Of a stretch of 64,000 nucleotides of DNA, positions 47,480-58,680 are shown one piece after another; the first letter of the stretch is position 1; every line of letters begins with the position of its first letter. The notes under the pieces were generated by a model, which was given only the letters and a program-made list of their open reading frames with translations, did not search any database and had not been told where the DNA came from. The stretch lies in the NCBI RefSeq assembly GCF_021028975.2, contig NC_059437.1, positions 57,536,001 through 57,600,000 on the forward strand, in the 5' to 3' direction. The DNA comes from Sphaerodactylus townsendi (taxonomy: Eukaryota). Position numbers and translations under genes: made by a program.

Positions 47480-47999
47480 CCCTACTGGGTTGCCTGTGTC
47501 AGCTGTGACTTGAGGCATTTTATACATTTTTTAAAATAGTTCACAGATTTCTGGCAGAAAGGTCTGATGTCTGACTTTTAACCAAAAAATTCAGAAAACT
47601 GGCCCAGAAGTTTAAATAAAAATGTAGAGTTTAAACACAAGCCCAATGGCAGGGTTTCCCCCCTAGCTTGGTTGGCCACACTCAACAGGATTACCAGAAT
47701 CCAGACAAAGGTCATTTGCACCAGAAGCTCTACAGGACTTTGCTGCAATTCTATCCACGTTGTGTCGACGACCCATGTGAGAGTTGAGGCTGGGTCTGGG
47801 GTTCTACGTACACTCTCCTGAGAACCTGGAAAACCTTCCACCGTGTCCTGCACGCAGCAAATTTGTGCAGTTCATATCCTGCTTCAGTGGCTTCATGCAC
47901 AGACCTGGAGGCAGGTCCCAGGCCCAGACATTGCTTTTGGACTGTTGCTGAGGAAATGAAGCTGAAGCTAAAAGGAAGGGGAGGCAAATATGCTCGATG

Positions 48000-48246
48000 C
48001 AGTGGCGTAGGAGGTTAAGAGCTCGTGTATCTAATCTGGAGGAACCGGGTTTGATTCTCCGCTCTGCCGCCTGAGCTGTGGAGGCTTCTCTGGGGAATTC
48101 AGATTAGCCTGTGCACTCCCACACAAGCCAGCTGGGTGACCTTGGGTTAGTCACAGCTTCTCGGAGCTCTCTCAGCCCCACCTATCTCACAGGGTGTTTT
48201 TGTCAGCCCCTTTGAGTCTCCTGCAGGAGAGAAAGGGGGGATATAA
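48000..48246 (+). mobile_element. tRNA-derived SINE (Squam3-like), cut by the gap
   Basis: Reverse-complement match to 33322-33620. Confidence 0.8.
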
Positions 48247-48450
48247 NNNNNNNNNNNNNNNNNNNNNNNNNNNNNNNNNNNNNNNNNNNNNNNNNNNNNN
48301 NNNNNNNNNNNNNNNNNNNNNNNNNNNNNNNNNNNNNNNNNNNNNNNNNNNNNNNNNNNNNNNNNNNNNNNNNNNNNNNNNNNNNNNNNNNNNNNNNNNN
48401 NNNNNNNNNNNNNNNNNNNNNNNNNNNNNNNNNNNNNNNNNNNNNNNNNN
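48247..48450. other. assembly gap (204 N)
   Basis: run of N. Confidence 1.
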
Positions 48451-48755
48451 ACAAAGGTGTCTTCTTGTCTCCTGCTCAGAGCAGGTCTCTCCTTTCCCCT
48501 GTTGAGTTTAAGATTTTAAAAGGACAAAGTATAAAATCTGGTTGGTAATAAGAAACATTCTTGTGTGGATGCTGCTCAAGCTACATTTGTTCCTCTGGCC
48601 AGGCAGGTAATAAGAAGCATTTTTTAAAAAATCAGTCTTACACATTTTATCCAAAAGACTGGAGGGTTTTAAAACATCCCAAAACCAAATTTGGCCTGAA
48701 ACTGTGAACTAATTGCCATGTTTAGAATTTATGTGGGTGGTTCCACACTTGGTAC

Positions 48756-49811
48756 TGTTACCGCTGCTGGTTGGGTAACATTAAGTAATTTCAGCTCAGG
48801 CAACGTAGTGAGGCACAGGAAGCCGGTGTTCTTCAAAAGCAAAGTATTTTATTCGGAAGTGGTTGCTACCGCTCGGGCAGGGGAATCGCGCTTTCATACC
48901 CAAGCGCTAGAACTTTTATACACATACATCAAAAGGGGCAAGAGGGCAGGTAAGAGGGCAGGTAAGGGGGCAGGTCCCCTACCGTACAACAATACAGAAA
49001 CATCAACACATAAAAGAAAAGATACAATTACAACTTTGTGAATGGGACCATGAAATCTCACTGTCAGGCATCTTCCCACGAGACTTTACGCTAGTGCCGA
49101 AATGAATAGCGGAGAGAGTCCATTCCTAAAACTGGGTGAGCCTGTTTAATGCACCGAGGAATCTGGTTATCAGATGGGCTGCTTCCTTGAGTTATGACCT
49201 GAGGCTCCCGCGCCTCAGTCCCACAACAAAAGAAAGTTCAAATGGTCCAATGGTGATCTTGGCACGTTCTTCAATGGCTGGGATATCTGGGGTGCCGTTA
49301 TCAGATTCAATTTGTAAATCCAAAGAGGTCTTTGTTTCCGCTAAAAAGATCTACCGGGTGTTGGCCCAAACTTAATTCCAAGGCTAGCTTCCTTGGCTCT
49401 TAATATCAGCTGTTACAAGCTGTTGCTTTTACCCATAGATACAGATATTTAAAATAACATTTCTAAACTTAAACATTAGAGGAAAGCTTAAAGAGAAGCA
49501 CGTATACATATACGCAAGAATATCCTAAATTAGCAGTAACCAAAACCTTAAATACTGAAAAACCTAGCTAGAGCATAATCCTAAACATTGGGCAAATAAT
49601 AAATCCAACACTGAGGGGGTTTACATTAAATGTTAGAAGGGATAAAACAAGAGGGAAAACCATGTGAAACATCAGCACATTCATATGTACACGTTCTTTC
49701 CATGCCTTATGGAGACTTTTGGACAACACTGGTCTCTTTGCTCTGATTCTTAGCCAGTATAGTTCAGCGATGTGGTCAGGAAAATATTTTCCTATTTTCC
49801 TGGCGGTAACA
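48756..49811 (-). mobile_element. solo LTR (~1056 bp)
   Basis: TGTTACC...GGTAACA termini; 4-bp TSD GTAC; TATA (~48914) and AATAAA (~48848) on the minus strand. Confidence 0.8.
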
Positions 49812-49985
49812 GTACCAAGTCTGGGGTTGAGATTATTTGTCTACTGAGGTTTAACAGAGAATCCAGACAATGTTGATGGCAGCTTATACCATTACAGTGT
49901 TTTCTGCCTGCCCTTCTTTCCCCAAACCTGATTTGTTTTTAACTCAAAATGCCATTGCAGCAAATAGCTGTCCCGTGTGGACAGT

Positions 49986-52900
49986 TGTAACGTAAGGGCA
50001 CTCATATAAGTTCTGCTTTCTGCGCTGCCACCAATAATATTTTTCCTCTATATAGCCCACTCAATCCTGATTTTCCACACGGCCACCACCCTGACTGGGG
50101 AACACCGACACACAGACAAAAATACTAATGACTGGAAAGGTTTTAAAAGATGAACAAAACTGAAACGTTTATTTGCTGGCTTTCACAAAGAGGCTTCTCA
50201 GGTAAACTGGAGAGGTTTTACGCTTGTTGGTTTCAGAATAAGTTTGTCTTAAGATGTTACTTCAGATTCATATGCACACCGACACACGCAGGTGTCTCTT
50301 AAGGGAAGATTTAGCTTTGAACAATTAAATTCCCTTACGCACGCAGACACTATTCCTCACTGCTCCAATACCCACTGATCACACCCAAGCACACAGTCCA
50401 AGCCCAGGAGATTCTGGCACACTTGGCCTCCCTCCCACTAGTCCTAATATGGCTTCACTGCCTCTGGACTGGCTTCTCTGAACTGGTGGTCTGGTGATAC
50501 ACCCAGGGGCAAGGCAGACTAGATAGGTCTGGGCAGTTTTAAAACCGCCAAGCTCCTGAAGGGCACGTCAATCTGCACCCAGTCAGGGCCTCCTCTCTCT
50601 GTCAAGCATACACCGCTTAGACAGGGACTGGACTTCTGTCAGCCAACTCTGCTGAGACAGAATCCTTTTCTTCCAGAGCTGACAGACTCCTCTCTGCCAG
50701 ACTCTGCTCTGCTCTCTCTGACCGACTCCTATCAGAACTCAACTCTCCTCTCAGTGCTCTAAGCCCACTGGCTCCCCCTAGCTCTTGCCAAACGTTACTG
50801 GACCTTTTTCAGCCAATCAGGTCGGTTCTCTCCTTGTGGAGCCTTTTTTTCTTTTTCTGGCTGTTGCTCTAAGGCCTTCTCCTTTGGCCTGCTGTACACC
50901 AACCCTTCAGGGTGGGGCAAGTTCGTTACATATGTCCCCTTTCCCTAAAACATTGCGGACTACGAGGCTACAAGCCTCGTTGCAGCAATGTGTGTAAATA
51001 AAGCTTACACACGTTAACCAAAACTAAACAGTTTTCATAAAATTTCACATTTTCACATGCATTCAGTTTTTACCTTAAAGTTCACTTACCATAAACATTC
51101 TTACCAGGTTAAACTTACCATAAATCCTATATTATACTTCAATAACATTTCAGCAATACGCATTATATTTCAACAAGCATTTTTAAACTCAGTACTTTAT
51201 TTACATACATTCTCTGTTACCTGTTTCTATTCAGATGTCTTTACTGGTGGGTGCTCTAAGCACAGGGTAAATTTTCCCTTTTTCCCTCCAGTAAGGCTTC
51301 CTCATGGTGGTTATCCAAATCCTAGCTGGACATTCATGCTCACTCATGGCAAGGTTAAGTTGCCTTTTGAGTGCGGTGGTGAATTTGGATGGTGACACCA
51401 CATTAGGCAAGGTAAATTTCCTTCTAAACTTACCCCTTTCTGCCAAATCAAAAGCTTGAGGTTTTACACCTCTGGCTTTCTTTACCACTTTGCCTCTTTT
51501 GTGGTAAGGCTTTGTCATTTCATCATAAAGCACGTTCTTACAGTGCCCTCCACCAGAACACACACTTATCAAATAATGCATATCAAACCCTTTCATTTTT
51601 ATACCAGATTGACCTCCCCGGTCCCCTCAAATTTCCTCTTGAGTCTGGTATTCAAAACTTCAGCTCGGTCTTCTGCTGGGCAGCTGCAATGTTGGGCTTT
51701 CACAACAGTCCTCATCGTTGGCTGCTGAAGCGCTCTGTTGAGGTCTGCGGCTGCTGCTGCTTTCAGTTCATTTTGATGTTTCTGCCAGACCTGCACTGTC
51801 CTGCACAAGTCCTGTACAACAATGTCCCAGCTCTTGCTGCATTCTGGATCCGTTTCAGGAACTGGAACCTCCTGCCGCGCAAAGTTGGTTAGGCAGACAT
51901 TGGCAGTCTTCTTCGCCTCCTTTTCCCTCACAGGAATCGTCTTGCGATCTCCTGGGTACTGCTCCGCAGGAACGTTGTTCAGCTGCACCGCTGGGCACGT
52001 TGGGAGGTGTTGGCAACCTCCTTTTCCCTCACAGGAACCGTCTTGCGATCTCCTGGGTACTGCTCCACAGGAACGTCGTTCAGCTGCACTGCTGGGCACG
52101 TCGGGAGGGCGTTGGCAACTGACTTCGCCTCCACCTCTGGAACTGCCTGGCACTGAACTGGAACCATCTTGATAGCTTTTGGGTCAGCAAGCTCAGCTGT
52201 CTCCTTCCGCTCTTTCAGGAACTCATCCTGCCTCTGGTCTTCTTGGCACCAGTCAGCATGAACACTGTCCATCTGCAACTCTGGGTCTGCTGCAGACTCA
52301 GCCTGGTTCACAAAGTCCAGGCGTTAAGGAGTTTTCTCGCCTCCTGGACTTCTAAATGTTGGCAAGGCACACCTTGCAGGGTTGGCGTTGTCACTTCCAA
52401 CTGCATCTTCTGGGTGCCATTCTGAGGAGTTTCCCATCAGCATTTGGGAAAAGATTTCCCTCCAGTTTATCTGGTACACTGGCAACCCTGGAAACTGTTT
52501 CCCATTTCTCATCTGCTGAGGGAAATTCCACAACAGTGTGATGGGCAGCTCTGCTCTGAGCTTCATTTCCCTCGCTCTCAAATCAAACATGTCCTTCTCG
52601 TGGCTCATGTTTGCCTCTCACGATTCCACGCCATTTTAAACGCTCTTTCTTTTCTGGCCCTTTCAGCCCGTAATTTAATTATTTCAACTTCTACCTTTCA
52701 GTATTTCATTTAGCCATCACTCTAGCCTCTAATTTTGCTTTTTCATCTCCAGAAGCCATCTTAGCTTTCTCAATCCCAGCATCTATACTGGCCAGTTTAG
52801 GTTTCAAAATCTCTAATTCCTGACCAATTCCTTCAAATGCTTCAATATCATCTGCTGTGACTTTCCCCTCACCAGCTTCTTCCTGTGTCTTAGGTGGTGC

Positions 52901-53983
52901 CATTGTGTGAGGTGAAAGTGACTGCTTTTCCTCACAGAAATCAGTAAAATAAAATAAAACAAAAAGAAATGGGCTTTCCTCAGCGTGTTGTTACTGGATC
53001 TAGATATTACTCGGATCCCGCTGCCGCCAATGTAACGTAAGGGCACTCATATATAAGTTCTGCTTTCTGCGCTGCCACCAATAATATATTTTCCTCTATA
53101 TAGCCCACTCAATACTGATTTTCCACAAGGTCACCACCCTGACTGGGGAACACAGACACACAGACAAAAATACTAATGACTGGAAAGGTTTTAAAAGGTG
53201 AACAAAACTGAAACGTTTATTTGCTGGCTTTCACAAAGAGCTTCTCAGAGTAAACTGGAGAGGTTTTACGCTTGTTGGTTTCAGAATAAGTTTGTCTTAA
53301 GATGTTACTTCAGATTCATATGCACACCGACACACGCAGGTGTCTCTTAAAGGAAGATTTAGCTTTGAACAATTAAATTCCCCTAGCGCGCAGACACTGT
53401 CCCTCACTGCTCCAATACCCACTGATCACACCCAAGCACACAGTCCAAGCCCAGGAGATTCTGGCACACTTGGCCTCCCTCTCTCCCACTAGTCCTAATA
53501 TGGCTTCACTGCCTCTGGACTGGCTTCTCCCAGACTGGTGATTCTGGTGATACACCCAGGGGCAAGGCAGACTAGATAGGTCTGGGCAGTTTTTAAAACC
53601 GCCAAGCTCCTGAAGGGCACGTCAATCTGCACCCAGTCAGGGCCTCCTCTCTCTGTCAAGCATACACCGCTTAGACAGGGACTGGACTTCTGTCAGCCAA
53701 CTCTGCTGAGACAGAATCCTTTTCTTCCAGAGCTGACAGACTCCTCTCTGCCAGACTCTGCTCTGCTCTCTCTGACCGACTCCTATCAGAACTCAACTCT
53801 CCTCTCAGTGCTCTAAGCCCACTGGCTCCCCCTAGCTCTTGCCAAACGTTACTGGACCTTTTTCAGCCAATCAGGTCGGTTCTCTCCTTGTGGAGCCTTT
53901 TTTTCTTTTTCTGGCTGTTGCTAAGGCCTTCTCCCTTTGGCCTGCTGTACACCAGCCCTTCAGGGTGGGGCAAGTTCGTTACA
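49986..53983 (-). mobile_element. non-autonomous Gypsy-like LTR retrotransposon with two near-identical LTRs
   Basis: LTRs 49986-50930 and 53031-53983 (TGTAACG...CGTTACA); 5-bp TSD ACAGT; PBS TGGCGGCAGCGGGATCC (53013-53029); PPT next to 50931; broken ORF with a gag-like coiled coil and an integrase C-terminal-like segment; no RT. Confidence 0.9.
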
Positions 53984-54243
53984 ACAGTCAACACACTCCT
54001 GGGATTTCTTGGAATTATCTCCATAAATTTTCCTCCTTCCCTTTGGTTTCCAGCCTCTTCACTTCCTCTTTTGTAGACAGGTGACCATGAATCAATTGTT
54101 AAATTACCAACTTTTAGAGAGGAAGGAAGGAGTGTCAGGACCGCTTTTCACTTTGTAGCTACCCAAACCACCCTGTTTTCTATTATTGTTATTTTATGCT
54201 TAGGCCATTACAAACAAAGAAAATGACATAGAAAACATTCTGA

Positions 54244-54426
54244 CCAGTGGGGTGCTGTGTGGTTTCCAGGCTGCATGGCCGTGTTCTAGCAGCATTCTCT
54301 CCTGACATTTTGCCTGCATCTGTGGCTGGCATCTTCAGAGGATCTGTTAGTGGGAACACGGCCATACAGCCCGGAAACCACACAGCACCCCAGTGATTCT
54401 GGCTGTGAAAGCCTTCGACAATACAT
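54244..54426. mobile_element. Penelope-like hairpin element
   Basis: Inverted arms and gaaagccttcgacaataca end. Confidence 0.75.
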
Positions 54427-54819
54427 GCTGACCAGTGTTTTTGCCTGGAGAAAAAAGGTGAAGCCTTTGAGTCCTGAGTTCTAGAAGAAAAGCTGCATAT
54501 AAATATGCCAAATAAATAAATTGAGGCTTCCACCTCCCTAGTGGAAGAAGAACTGATAATTAACCCTTGATCTCTGGCAGAACAGGAAGCCATTCCTCTG
54601 GTAGTGGAACAAAGGAGTAAAAGAGATCCTACCTGGAGAAGCTGTGGGGAGGGGAGATGCTCATTTCCATGAAGACAAAAAGGATCTTGTCTTGGGGGGT
54701 GGGGTGGTGGTGGTTCAAATCTTGATGGTGAATCTCTCACTGTATTGTGCCAGGTAGAACTCTGCTTCCCACTGAATGTGGCCGAGGGGCTCCTCATCAG
54801 TGCAGAACGGTGCTCACGT

Positions 54820-55862
54820 TGTTACCAGCAGGAAAATAGGAAAAATATTTTCCTGAGCCTGCCACCGAACTACACTGGCTAAGGATCAGAGCAAAGAGAC
54901 CAGTGTTGTCCAAAAGCCTCCAGAAGTCCTGGAAAGAACATGTATATACAAATGTGCTGATAATTTCACATGGTTTCCTTCTTGCCTTTTCCCCTTTTAA
55001 GGTTTAATGTAAGCCCCTCAGTGTTGGATTTATTATTTGCCAAATGTTTAGGATTATACTTTAGCTAGGTTCTCCAGTTGCTTTAAGGTTTTGTTACTGC
55101 TAATTTAGGATTCTCTTGCTTATATGTTTATATGGGCTTGTACTGTATTGGAGGTTCTTTGTTATAAGGTTAAGGGATTCTATAGAGTTACTTTAAGTGA
55201 TAGACAAGAAGAGAAATGGATTAGAAATATTCTTCTTACTTTATTGTATTAATAGAAGAAGCCTCTTAGGATTTTAGTAGTTTTATTTTAGCTAGGTAAC
55301 AAGGAAGTAGGTCAGAAAATGCAAAGTAAGGACAACTTCTTACAATCTGATAAGTTTGTCAACCTCAACAAAAGACCTTTTTGGACTTACAAGGAGTGCC
55401 TTGGCTGTTTGAAGGACATCACCCTACTTCCCATTGGACTATTTGAATTTTCACTTCTAGGATCTCAAGACCCATTGGACTATTGAAGTTTCCAATTCTA
55501 GGATCTCAAGATTCATTGGCAGCCTTTTCTTCTGGGACTTAATCCCATCAGCAAAAACAAAAGACTGTCTTCCTCCTCTTTGTTTTAAATTGTCTGTATT
55601 ATGTGGCAGGGGACTGCCCCCTTCCTCCTCTGATTGGGTGAAAAACTGTATAAAAAGGGCTGTGTTTCATTCTGTATTGGGCCGTCTGGCCTGGAAAGAG
55701 CTTGAAATCACAATAAAGAACCTCTGCTCTGAAGGCAGCCTGCCTCTGCATCCACTCACTGCTGCCAAAGCTGAAATCACTCTGAAATCACTATTGCTCA
55801 TTGCTGACAAAGCTGAAATCACTCTGAAATCACTTTCTAGTTACCCCTGGCAGTGAGTAACA
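54820..55862 (+). mobile_element. solo LTR (~1043 bp), related to 48756-49811
   Basis: TGTTACC...GTAACA termini; 4-bp TSD ACGT; TATA ~55648; AATAAA ~55712; first ~310 bp match the reverse complement of ~49500-49811. Confidence 0.8.
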
Positions 55863-56846
55863 ACGTGGAGCCGCTGCTGTGTGACGTCTCCCTTTTAGAG
55901 AGGGCAGCAGCAGGTTGGCGGGTGCATGTCTGTTTGTGCATGTCTTGAAGCAGCTTAAGATGAGCGTGGTGCCTCCCGCGTGGCTGAATGATCTTCCCCT
56001 CTCCCGCTCGCCCTGTGTGTGCCACGGGAAGACCCCACGAAAGAGGCAGTCACTCATTCCCACCTTGCCGGCACTTGCGCTTCACTCCCCAGGCTGAGTG
56101 CAGATGTGCGCTCACAGGCCCTGCAGCACAATTAAGTCTTCTCGCGGCCTTGTTGGTTTCCTTGTTAATGCGCTGAGCGTAATTCTCTAACGTCCCCCCT
56201 CCCCCCGCCACTTCCCAGCCGCTGTTTCTTGCAAGCTCTTATCATATGTAATCCCTCAGCGATTCCTCGGTTATGTCCCATTTTATTAAAGCACCATTGA
56301 ACTATAGCCTATTGATTTAGATTTCACAGACAATTGAAATTTAAATTGACTCTGAATGGAATACCTCCATGCCAGCCGCCTGCCTCCATTTGGGCTTCTC
56401 CCCACCAGGCTGCGGAAGCCGGCTGGGCTGGGAGCGAAGTGAGAGAGCAGGCAGCAGCCTGGCGGGGAAGGAAGAGGGGGCTGGGGAGGGCTGGTGCCTG
56501 TCTTTGTGTGGGTGCTGCTCAAGCTTCAGTGGGGACAAACCGGGAACTGCTGCTTGAGCAGGGTTAACATTTGCAAGTTCAGTGCCAGGCATCTGCTCAA
56601 TAATCGGGGTGTTTTGAAACTGCAAGTCATTAACATTTCCCCCCCTAAGCCCCTCTTCTGGCCAACCCATTGAACCCACTCAAACCCATCATGCCCCATG
56701 GCTGTCTGGTGAAAGCTGCCATCACGGCCCCAATTTGGAACTATGATTAACTCGCTCAATAGCAAATCCAATGAAGCAAAGAGCCCCAACCCAGCAAGTG
56801 GCTGTCTTGTGACTTCGCTTCCAGAGACCGGAAAAGAGGCCCAGGG

Positions 56847-56980
56847 TGGGTGGGTGGGTGGATGGATGGATGGATGGATGGATGGATGGCCACCTGTCAC
56901 ATGGACTTTGGTGGTGTTCCTGCGTGGCAGGGGGATGGACTGGATGGCCCTTGGGGTCTCTTCCAGCTCTGTGATTCTAT
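56847..56980 (+). repeat. (TGGA)n repeat plus short CR1 3' tail
   Basis: tggatggatgga run followed by ggactggatggcccttggggtctcttcc...tgattcta. Confidence 0.7.
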
Positions 56981-57104
56981 ATCCCAGAGGGCAGGTAGAG
57001 ATCAAGAAAGAGAACCTACAGAGTCTTTCTTGGTGGTCTTCCATTCATGTACCACCCCAATTAGCTTTCAAGATCTGGCAGATTCGGGCTACACCACACC
57101 ACCT

Positions 57105-57153
57105 TCCCTCCCTCCCTCCCTCCCTCCCTCCCTCCCTCCCTCCCTCCCTCCCT
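57105..57153. repeat. (CCCT)n microsatellite
   Basis: direct observation. Confidence 0.95.
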
Positions 57154-57829
57154 CTAAACAAGAAATTTCAAAATTTTCAATAGCGAAGCCTTCAGAATAA
57201 TGTAGAGTCCAGAGGTTTCTGCCTTTTGCCAAGTGTGGGGGGAGAGACAATCCATGTGTCTCTCTGTGCCGTGATGGTGGTGGTAGAAGGAGGCAGTTCT
57301 GAGCATGTGCAGAATAAATCCACCCTGCAGGTGAGCGGTCGCAGCCTCCCCTCTGGCACTAGAGTTTCCTGGCCAGGGTTAGTCCCAGGGGGACCTTTTC
57401 AGACATTAACTTTGGCTTGCAGGGGTCGGCCTGCATCTTCCCACGATGGTTTCCTTCCTGACCACAACTCCCCAGGTCTCTCCCGCCCCAACCTTCAAAA
57501 TTCTGCTGTTTGCCAAGAAGCACTGGCAGGAGGAGCTCAAGAGAAGCAGGCAATCATCTCGCGGGACGGCAATTCTTCTGCCGGGGAGTTTTTGTTCACT
57601 GTTATCTACATATAGATTAAAAATTGTAATTGGACCCGAGATGGGTAGAATGAAATCAGCCACCTTCCGACCGCTAGTTTGCCATCGTGTGACACGCTGA
57701 AGAGCTAGACCCTGCGAGGGAAATTAACTAGAAATCCAATTGACGTTGATCGGCCGATGGCCGTGCGGCCGGCAGTCCCACTGTGAAGAGGGGCGGGGAG
57801 GGGCAGCTGCCCACAGATTTAGGAACGTT

Positions 57830-58680
57830 CCTGCTAGAACACTTTTGCTCGGAGGTTCACTAGCCTGCCCAGGAGGGGTTTAAACTGCGTTATGTGGGGG
57901 AGGGAGACAGTATCTCAGCGGGAAGGAGTTCATGGAGAGAACTGTACAAATAGTTCAAGAATCCAACAGTGGGAGGGGAGAAAACAGCTGGGGGGGGGAT
58001 GAACCATGATCTTAGATGACTCTACACCAGTGGTGGCGAACCTTTGGCACTCCAGATGTTATGGACTACAATTCCCATCAGCCCCTGCCAGCATGGCCAA
58101 TGCCATGCTGGCAGGGGCTGATGGAAATTGTAGTCCATAACATCTGGAGTGCCAAAGGTTCGCCACCACGGCTCTACACTAATGCACAGAGCATGGGGAA
58201 TAAACAAGATTAACTCAAACCCTTAACACTGCAAAGCAAATGTGATATAGGCATGACTGAAACCTGTTGGGATGAGTCTCATGATTGGAATGTAATAGTT
58301 GAGGGGTATAACATATATTAGAGAAATAGACCAACAAGGAAAGCAGGAGGAACAGCGTTATATGTGAGGGGTGAGATAACACATGTGAGCAGGTGCATGA
58401 CTTAAATCCTGAAAGCCAGGTAGAGAGAAGCATCTGGGTAAAAATTCAAAGGCATTGTGGGGTCTATTACAGACCCCCCAAGCCAGACTGAAGAGTTGGA
58501 TGATGCCTTTCTGGAACATCTGACCAAACTTTCACAAATGACAGAGGTGGTAGTAAGGGGAGATTTCAATGATCCTGATCTTTGTTGGGAGTCAGACTGT
58601 GCCAAGACTATAAGATCCAGCGAATCCCTCCTTTGCCTTGCAGAGAACTTCATGGTCCAGAAAGAGGCAATAAGGGAATA
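57830..58680 (+). mobile_element. CR1 endonuclease-region remnant
   Basis: LYTNAQSMGNKQ, ETCWDESHDWN, YRPPSQ..ELDDAF, VVRGDFNDPDLCWE. Confidence 0.8.
58028..58171. mobile_element. palindromic hAT MITE (family A) inserted in CR1
   Basis: TSD CTCTACAC. Confidence 0.9.

Noticed and set aside
47770-47850. Crystallin-like words VRVEAGS (+) and FSGEC (-)
   Set aside because: Opposite strands, too short, no flanking Greek-key motifs or splice sites; probably chance
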